DNA of 64,000 nucleotides, from contig JADFYW010000005.1 in the NCBI GenBank assembly GCA_015232855.1, forward strand, positions 19,926 to 83,925. The letters run 5' to 3'. Position 1 is the stretch's first letter. Each line of letters begins with the position of its first letter. Position numbers and translations under genes: made by a program. Shown here piece by piece: positions 1 to 6,414 of this stretch. The stretch comes from Fibrobacteria bacterium (GTDB lineage Bacteria > Fibrobacterota > Fibrobacteria > UBA11236 > JADFYW01). Below the pieces are notes generated by a model, which saw nothing but the letters and a program-made list of their open reading frames with translations, was not told where the DNA came from and ran no database searches.

Positions 1-1
1 A

Positions 2-205
2 ACCGTTGGTATTTTCCTTGCAAGTATCATGGCAATTTCAGGTTTAGCGACTATTGTGATACTTCCGGCCTTAATCAACATTTTAAAAACCAAACTTTTC
101 AAAGGAACGTCAAATAGAAAACTGCAATCAGAAATTGATGAACAGTATAAAACAACCATTATAAACGATATAAACGATGAAGAACAACTGGAGGTAATAT
201 CATGA
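2..205 (+). CDS. RND/MMPL-superfamily exporter, C-terminal fragment (5' end outside window)
   Basis: Frame 2 is open from the window edge to TGA 203-205. It translates to TVGIFLASIMAISGLATIVILPALINILKTKLF..., a terminal TM helix plus tail like the C-terminus of the 967-aa MMPL ORF at 36547-39450. The stop overlaps the next start as ATGA, the same junction as in the paralogous cluster. Confidence 0.6.
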   Translation, partial: TVGIFLASIMAISGLATIVILPALINILKTKLFKGTSNRKLQSEIDEQYKTTIINDINDEEQLEVIS

Positions 206-1002
206 ACAATAACAATTTTATACTCAAAACACTCACAACAGCCCTTCTTATTTTAGCCCATTTTGTAAGTGGTGCGGGAGCAATGGATGTTGAAACCATT
301 ATCCAAAAAGCAAATAATGCAGCATACTATGCAGGAGATGATGGACGTGCGGAAATCAAAATGGAAATAACAGACAGCCAAAACCGTACCCGTATCAGAA
401 AGTTTGTAATTCTTAGGAAAGACGAGAAGGACGGTGGAAACCAGATGTTTTACGTGTATTTCCAACGGCCCTCTGATGTACGTAAAATGTCTTTTATGGT
501 TCATAAAAACACCAAAAAAGATGATGACCGGTGGCTTTATCTTCCAGCTCTTGATTTGGTGAAACGCATTGCCGCCTCAGACAAAAGGACTAGTTTTGTA
601 GGGTCTCATTTTTACTATGAAGATGTTTCCGGTCGCTCACTCAATGACGATGCCCATACCCTCATTGAAACCACCGATAAACATTATGTTGTCAATAACA
701 CTCCGAAAGATCCAGGAAGTGTTGAGTTCTCTTCTTTTAAAGTGTGGATCGACAAAAAAACCTTTTTACCCGTAAAGGCGGTATACCTCGACAAACAGCA
801 AAAAGCCTACCGTGAGGTTGAAGCACTTGAAACCAAAGAAATAGGTGGATATCCTACGGTAACGAAGTCCCGGGTTAAAGATTTATTATCAGGAGGCGAG
901 ACAGTATCAGAATTTACAAATGTTAGTTATAACATTGGGTTAAAAACAAATCTCTTTTCAGAGCGATATCTGCGGAAACCTCCGAAACAAATACGAAAGT
1001 GA
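202..1002 (+). CDS. LolA-like (outer-membrane lipoprotein-sorting-type fold) secreted protein
   Basis: GGAGG lies 7 nt upstream. Signal peptide ...LLILAHFVSGAGA. Motifs DDRWLYLPALDLVKRI, GSHFYYEDVSG, WIDKKTFLPVK and LFSERYLRK are shared with the paralog at 35813-36550. Confidence 0.7.
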   Translation: MNNNNFILKTLTTALLILAHFVSGAGAMDVETIIQKANNAAYYAGDDGRAEIKMEITDSQNRTRIRKFVILRKDEKDGGNQMFYVYFQRPSDVRKMSFMVHKNTKKDDDRWLYLPALDLVKRIAASDKRTSFVGSHFYYEDVSGRSLNDDAHTLIETTDKHYVVNNTPKDPGSVEFSSFKVWIDKKTFLPVKAVYLDKQQKAYREVEALETKEIGGYPTVTKSRVKDLLSGGETVSEFTNVSYNIGLKTNLFSERYLRKPPKQIRK

Positions 1003-1008
1003 TCTTAT

Positions 1009-1086
1009 GTCATTACCCGGCTTGACCGGGTAATCTATAAAATAATCGATTCTGGGATGGATCGCCCAGTCAAGCTGGGCGATGAC
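1009..1086. repeat. REP-like two-hairpin unit
   Basis: GTCATTACCCGG-CTTGA-CCGGGTAATC (1009-1035) is followed after 23 nt by the inverse-orientation hairpin GGATCGCCCAG-TCAAG-CTGGGCGATGAC (1059-1086). It is intergenic. The same unit occurs at 2741-2818. Confidence 0.85.
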
Positions 1087-1165
1087 AGTCGTTGTAACCC
1101 TGTTTACTTTCAACCAAGGCCAGTTTTACACAGAAACTAAATAGTTAACACATTGAGGTGTAAAC

Positions 1166-2440
1166 ATGAAATCAATACAATTTATACAAATATCTTTTCT
1201 TCTTATCATTGGACTATACCAGAATGGTATAACGGCATCAGCCTTGCAGGATAAAATGCTTGATGAGTACGGTATTGATGTAATTGGTTTTACGGAAGCC
1301 AGGCAAGGATGGAGACTCCAAAACACTCCTCATCAAAAGGATATCTCCATATCTGAATTGAGATTACAAATGGAGATTACCGGAGAATGGGATTTGGCAA
1401 CGATAAATTTCAAAGGTGATTTTTATGGTGATTTAGTGGATGAAAGTATTAATGCTGATGTGCGTTCACTCAATGTGTTGGTCTCACCATTTGGATTTAT
1501 GGATATTCGTGGCGGTAGGCAAATGTTAACCTGGGGAACAGGGGATCTTCTATTTATTAACGACTTTTTCCCAAAAGACTGGGTATCATTTTTTACAGGA
1601 CGAGATGATGAATATTTAAAAGCCCCCTCTGATGCATTAAGGATAAGTGTATACACCCCCATTTTCAACACGGAGCTCATTTACGTCCCTATGGTGAATT
1701 CTTCAGTATATATTGATGGCGCACGTCTTTCTTATTGGAACCGGTTTCAAAACAAAATTTCAGGCAGCAATTACATACTCCACAATGAAAATCGGGATAA
1801 TTTCCCTGATGACGGTGAATTTGCAGGCAGACTCTACCGTAATATGGGAAGTATGGAAACATCCATATACGGGTTTTATGGATTTTGGAAAACCCCGGAA
1901 GGTTTTAATCCGTCTTCAGGAAAGCTGATTTATCCGCGGTTATCTGCAGGTGGAGCCAGTGTGAGGGCCCCTATCTTCGGAGGCATAGGAAACATGGAAG
2001 GAGGGTATTATTATTCCAGCGATAATACGGATGGAGACAATCCTATCATACGTAATAGTGAAGTGCGCTTTCTGGCAGGCTTTGAACGTGAAATATCGAG
2101 TAATTTAACTGCAGGCATCCAATATTACGGTGAATGGATGCAGGACTATGATGAATATCTCAAGTTAAATTCCAGTTTGCCAAATGATGAATTTCGTCAA
2201 TTAATTACCTTGCGGTTGCGAAAACTGCTTTTGAATCAAAACCTTATTCTCTCCTTTTTCACCTATTACTCACCTTCAGATAATGATGCCTATATACGAC
2301 CAAAAGTTAAATATAAAGTTACCGATGCTATAGCTCTTGAATTAGGAGTAAATATTTTTGTCGGTGAACATCAACATACCTTTTTTGCTCAGTTCGAAGA
2401 CAATAATAACGCATACGGATCTCTGCGATGGAGTTTTTAG
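1166..2440 (+). CDS. putative outer-membrane beta-barrel protein (DUF1302-like), paralog of 34432-35805
   Basis: GAGGTG SD lies 5 nt upstream. The N-terminus is hydrophobic and amphipathic strands alternate throughout. It ends ...YGSLRWSF, a terminal aromatic. The motif GRQMLTWGTGDLLF matches GRQQIAWGTGYAF in the paralog. Confidence 0.6.
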   Translation: MKSIQFIQISFLLIIGLYQNGITASALQDKMLDEYGIDVIGFTEARQGWRLQNTPHQKDISISELRLQMEITGEWDLATINFKGDFYGDLVDESINADVRSLNVLVSPFGFMDIRGGRQMLTWGTGDLLFINDFFPKDWVSFFTGRDDEYLKAPSDALRISVYTPIFNTELIYVPMVNSSVYIDGARLSYWNRFQNKISGSNYILHNENRDNFPDDGEFAGRLYRNMGSMETSIYGFYGFWKTPEGFNPSSGKLIYPRLSAGGASVRAPIFGGIGNMEGGYYYSSDNTDGDNPIIRNSEVRFLAGFEREISSNLTAGIQYYGEWMQDYDEYLKLNSSLPNDEFRQLITLRLRKLLLNQNLILSFFTYYSPSDNDAYIRPKVKYKVTDAIALELGVNIFVGEHQHTFFAQFEDNNNAYGSLRWSF

Positions 2441-2489
2441 TTAACATCGTTTTAATAGTTCATTCAAAAACCAGTACAGGAGGTTATTC

Positions 2490-2693
2490 ATGACCGTTCA
2501 AAATTACATACATGTTATCGCAGGACTCTTTATCCTGATAAGCCTGGCATTGGGTACATGGGTTCATCAATATTGGTACTTTTTCACTGCCTTTGTGGGA
2601 GTAAATCTTTTCCAATATGGTTTTACCAATTTTTGTCCCCTGGGTATTATTTTAAAATTATTTGGGATCCCAGAGAGTTGTTCAAGGTTTTAA
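2490..2693 (+). CDS. small two-TM membrane protein, DUF2892/YgaP-like
   Basis: GGAGG SD. 67 aa with two hydrophobic helices and the pattern ...GFTNFCPLG... typical of that small-protein family. Confidence 0.5.
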   Translation: MTVQNYIHVIAGLFILISLALGTWVHQYWYFFTAFVGVNLFQYGFTNFCPLGIILKLFGIPESCSRF

Positions 2694-2740
2694 ATAGTAT
2701 GTGTTCAATATTGCCTAGCTTTTGTAAATGTAAAGAACAT

Positions 2741-2818
2741 GTCATTACCCGGCTTGACCGGGTAATCCATCAAATCGTCAATTACGGGATGGATTGCCCG
2801 GTCAAGCCGGGCAATGAC
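2741..2818. repeat. REP-like two-hairpin unit
   Basis: GTCATTACCCGGCTTGACCGGGTAATCC (2741-2768) plus GGATTGCCCGGTCAAGCCGGGCAATGAC (2791-2818). The track ORF 2558-2848 is merely its translation. Confidence 0.85.
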
Positions 2819-2962
2819 AATTGTAGGATTATTACAAAACAATTCTAACATCAATTTTGAGCAAAACCTAATAAATACACTAACAAGGAGTTCATCATCT
2901 CAACCCCAGAATACAATGAGTTAAAATCCCTGATAGGAACTGTTCCTGTTAGTTTAGAGATT

Positions 2963-3667
2963 ATGGAGGAAAAAGGATTGCTGCCTACTTATTTCCCCAT
3001 ATTAAAAAAAATGTTTGTTGAGGATAACTCTGGCTCGATTCCTTTGTTGATACGGAAAAGTATTGCAGCAGCACTTTCAACGAAATGCAGTAGTACTTAT
3101 TGTTTTATCGGGCATTCTATGTATCTGATTAATAACGGTATTTCACAGGAAGAACTTTCTATTATTTTGCAGCAGTTTCAGTTTCCATCCCGCATTCCAG
3201 ATCATAGCAAATGGTCTCAAGTACTTAAATGGGCATATATATTTGGAAATTCCAGTTTGACCAATCCTTTTCAAACCAAAGACATCGATATGGCCATAAG
3301 TAACACGTTAAGTGAGGATGAAAGACAGGAATTATTTAATCTTATTATGGGCAATATGATTCTTAATCGCTTTTCAGAATATTACACAGAAGACATATCC
3401 TGGCAATATGATATACCCAAAGGGAAAAAGGGAGAACAATTTAAAGCGCTGGCCCTGGATTTAGTTTCTTTTTACCATAAGGTATCGGATAAGCATACCA
3501 AAACCAGACCTGTCATCACCATGTGTATGCACTGTAAAGATGTAAGGGACTCCTCAGGTATTTGGCATGCCTTTGAGACTTCCCTTTCGACAATAGAAAA
3601 AGACAGCATGTTTTCTCATAGCATTTGCCCAACCTGCCATGAAAAGTATCACACTGTTTGTGTTTAA
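2963..3667 (+). CDS. AhpD/CMD-like domain protein with C-terminal Cys/His zinc-ribbon-like motif
   Basis: ALSTKCSSTYCFIGHSMYL resembles the CMD-family C-x-x-C-x-x-x-H core. The C-terminus reads CMHCKDVRDSSGIWHAF...FSHSICPTCHEKY. The frame stays open upstream to 2861 with AAGGAG at 2885-2890, so the true start may lie upstream and be non-ATG. Confidence 0.6.
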   Translation: MEEKGLLPTYFPILKKMFVEDNSGSIPLLIRKSIAAALSTKCSSTYCFIGHSMYLINNGISQEELSIILQQFQFPSRIPDHSKWSQVLKWAYIFGNSSLTNPFQTKDIDMAISNTLSEDERQELFNLIMGNMILNRFSEYYTEDISWQYDIPKGKKGEQFKALALDLVSFYHKVSDKHTKTRPVITMCMHCKDVRDSSGIWHAFETSLSTIEKDSMFSHSICPTCHEKYHTVCV

Positions 3668-3760
3668 TTGATTACCATTATCTTTTTCTTTACCATATGG
3701 TTGGGTTTTTAATAATTCTACATCTTATAAATTGTAATTTGTTTGTTAGTGGAAAAGTTT

Positions 3761-4123
3761 ATGAAGCTATTAATTTTAACAATCATTTTTTTGTCCCTCT
3801 CTAGCTGCAAGAAAGAGCAAGACCATAAAATATACCTTTTACCGGATAGCATCTCGGTTAATTCAAAAGTCATTAGTTATGACACCAATTATTATAAATC
3901 GATTAAAAATTTTAAAACAGTATTAGAAAACCAACTTTCCCTAGATACATTGGAACTGAAAATACCCGATTCATTAAAAGCAGAAAAATTCGTAAGGACC
4001 TTATTCAGCCTTTGTGAGAAAGAAAACAAAGATATTATTGTCAATCATAAGAATGAATCGTTATATCGATTTAGATTGATGAAAAGAAAAGGTTATTCAT
4101 ATGTATTAACTATTGAACTTTAG
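3761..4123 (+). CDS. hypothetical lipoprotein
   Basis: ATG 3761 gives MKLLILTIIFLSLSSCKK, a lipobox-like signal. The track start at 3743 is TTG. The segment is AT-rich and no family was recognised. Confidence 0.45.
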   Translation: MKLLILTIIFLSLSSCKKEQDHKIYLLPDSISVNSKVISYDTNYYKSIKNFKTVLENQLSLDTLELKIPDSLKAEKFVRTLFSLCEKENKDIIVNHKNESLYRFRLMKRKGYSYVLTIEL

Positions 4124-4127
4124 TAAT

Positions 4128-4526
4128 ATGAAAACAGTATCTACATTTCCTTTATTTTTTTTCACACTCCTTTTTTCAACAAGCTATCCACCTCCTAGTG
4201 AAACTTTCGTCTCAGTCTTAATAGAAGCTCATGAAATGCGTATCTCTGTACATCGATGGCCTAAGCAGGAAAAAGATTTCTTTTGTAAACAACAAGAATT
4301 CATAAATAGATTACAATGCGTTGAGAAGACAATAAAATCAATTAACTCCTTTATTGATACTACTACGCTCAAAAAATATAAAATAAAATATTCTATTTTA
4401 ATGAATTACCAACTTGATATTGGAAACCTTTTACCATTGTTAGATAAATTTAAAAAATGTGGAATTAAAGAATTTGATCTCATGTTGGGAAAAAAACATA
4501 ATGATTTCTACGGGATAATTTTCTAG
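4128..4526 (+). CDS. hypothetical secreted/membrane protein
   Basis: ATG 4128 lies 4 nt after the preceding stop and gives MKTVSTFPLFFFTLLFSTS. The track start at 4113 is TTG. Very AT-rich, with no recognisable motifs. Confidence 0.35.
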   Translation: MKTVSTFPLFFFTLLFSTSYPPPSETFVSVLIEAHEMRISVHRWPKQEKDFFCKQQEFINRLQCVEKTIKSINSFIDTTTLKKYKIKYSILMNYQLDIGNLLPLLDKFKKCGIKEFDLMLGKKHNDFYGIIF

Positions 4527-4728
4527 CCCCATTTCCATATTTTTTGATTCATAGTAGAGTTTTAACGAAGGCGTTTCGGGATCGGACTTAATAAATATGG
4601 TTTTTCTCATACAAAATTTGTTTATAAGGTCCTACCCAATATCTACTTCACCAAATCAATAACAACTAAGCTCTTATTTCTGCGGAATAAAATAGTATTT
4701 TGCATTATAAACAGAACAAAAGGACAAT

Positions 4729-5718
4729 ATGCCTAAACCCTTCTTCTTAAAATGCCTAATGGTACCATACCTTGCACTTTCCCTTTCAGGTTGTATCGGC
4801 AGCGATGAAAACAGCCGTGACGAAGACCTTGACTATAAACAACTCATGCGAACTTTTGTCCAGGATCTCAGTTCCTGGGCAAAAACCCAGTCACCCGGTT
4901 TTTTAATCATCCCCCAAAACGGGCATGAACTTGCAACCACTACCGGCGAAACTGATGGAGAGGCCGCAACTACATTTATCGCGTCAATAGACGGTGCAGG
5001 TCAGGAGGACTTGTTCTATGGTTATGGAAATGACAACCAGGCCACCCCTGCCTCTGATAATAATTACCTTCTTAATTTTTTAAATATCTATGAAGCCAAT
5101 GGTGTTGAGGTCCTTGTGACTGATTACTGCTCTACGCCTTCATTAATGGATAAATCTTATACGGATAACCTCTCCCATTCCTTTATTTCTTTTGCGGCTG
5201 ACCATCGGAACCTCGATAATATCCCGACCTACCCGGATTTGCCACACAATGTTAACAGCAATAATATAACCACCCTATCCGAAGCTCAAAATTTTCTTTA
5301 TTTGCTCGATACAAAAGCATTCTCAAATAAAGATGCTTTCACAGATGCTCTAAGCGCCACAAACTACGATTTGTTCATTATTGACCTGTATGTTAATGAC
5401 ACCGCTCTCACTAAAACAGACCTTCATAAATTAAAACAAAAGGCTAACGGAGGCACACGCCTGCTGATATGCTATATGAGTATTGGTGAAGCTGAAGATT
5501 ACCGGTATTATTGGAATAGCGAGTGGGTAAAAAATCCACCTGCCTGGCTGGAAAAGGAAAACCCGGAATGGCTGGGAAATTATAAAGTACGGTACTGGCA
5601 AAAAGACTGGCAAAGAATCATCTTCGGTAATGAGAACTCCTACCTGCAGAAAATTATTGAAGCCGGTTTTGATGGCGTGTACCTGGACATAATCGAAGGC
5701 TTCGAGTACTTCGAATAG
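4729..5718 (+). CDS. lipoprotein, GH114 / TM1410-type putative glycoside hydrolase (endo-alpha-1,4-polygalactosaminidase-like)
   Basis: Signal with lipobox ALSLSGC. The segment LLICYMSIGEAEDYRYYWNSEW...YWQKDW...GFDGVYLDII matches the TIM-barrel signature I associate with that family. Confidence 0.55.
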   Translation: MPKPFFLKCLMVPYLALSLSGCIGSDENSRDEDLDYKQLMRTFVQDLSSWAKTQSPGFLIIPQNGHELATTTGETDGEAATTFIASIDGAGQEDLFYGYGNDNQATPASDNNYLLNFLNIYEANGVEVLVTDYCSTPSLMDKSYTDNLSHSFISFAADHRNLDNIPTYPDLPHNVNSNNITTLSEAQNFLYLLDTKAFSNKDAFTDALSATNYDLFIIDLYVNDTALTKTDLHKLKQKANGGTRLLICYMSIGEAEDYRYYWNSEWVKNPPAWLEKENPEWLGNYKVRYWQKDWQRIIFGNENSYLQKIIEAGFDGVYLDIIEGFEYFE

Positions 5719-5844
5719 AGGTCTGAGATAACTTGTAGGGGTCTTCATTGCTCTTTTCTAAGCAGAATCAAGGAAATAAATCCCAGACACAGATAATCCA
5801 TAAATTTGGTTTTCTTTCCCGGCGAAAAAATTTATTTCATCAGT

Positions 5845-6333
5845 ATGGAAGATTTTAAGAGTAAAGACGACAAGTTTTTGGATTTACATTTAGAAAACCA
5901 ATCCCTGGAACAGGAAGTTGAAAGAAAAGGGGCCATAATTCGAAAAAACGATGAAGTGGACCCGGAGCTCTATAATGACTTTCTGAAATATGTAACTGCA
6001 TTTGAAGAATGGGATAAACAACCCAAACGCTCCTTTGAATCCCTTTTTCCCGATGATTATTTATTGCCCCCATCTGAGTGCTTAAACGATGATGAAATCA
6101 CAGACAAATTAAAGGAGATAGCCGAGGTTTTTGAACAATATCATGTGCGTATCGACCTCGTAGCCAAAGTTCCTGACAGATTAATCTATGATCATCTGGC
6201 CACAGAAGTGATCCCTACTGACGAACTCTCAGCTGTGAGTGAAATGGGAGTGGAATACGTAATTGACGGATGCGATGGCTACTGCCCTGATTGCTTTCAA
6301 AATGCCCACTGCGAAGTAAAGGAAGAGTTTTAA
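5845..6333 (+). CDS. hypothetical acidic protein with C-terminal Cys cluster
   Basis: The first ATG in the ORF is at 5845 (MEDFKSKDD...); the track start at 5806 is TTG. It ends DGCDGYCPDCFQNAHCEV. No family recognised. Confidence 0.45.
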   Translation: MEDFKSKDDKFLDLHLENQSLEQEVERKGAIIRKNDEVDPELYNDFLKYVTAFEEWDKQPKRSFESLFPDDYLLPPSECLNDDEITDKLKEIAEVFEQYHVRIDLVAKVPDRLIYDHLATEVIPTDELSAVSEMGVEYVIDGCDGYCPDCFQNAHCEVKEEF

Positions 6334-6414
6334 TCTTCTATCGCCTTATCTGGCTTAAGAACAATAGTTCCCTCTGCCGTACCTTTATTAAACACAAAGG
6401 TGTTAGGCGTAAGG

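Noticed and set aside
2558-2848. 96-aa ORF in the track (…VITRLDRVIHQIVNYGMDCPVKPGNDN…). A similar ORF lies at 47986-48210.
   Set aside because: Both are read-throughs of REP-like hairpins (GTCATTACCCGG… / …CCGGGCAATGAC). They have no SD or start context and overlap the better-supported DUF2892 gene or lie in a repeat cluster.
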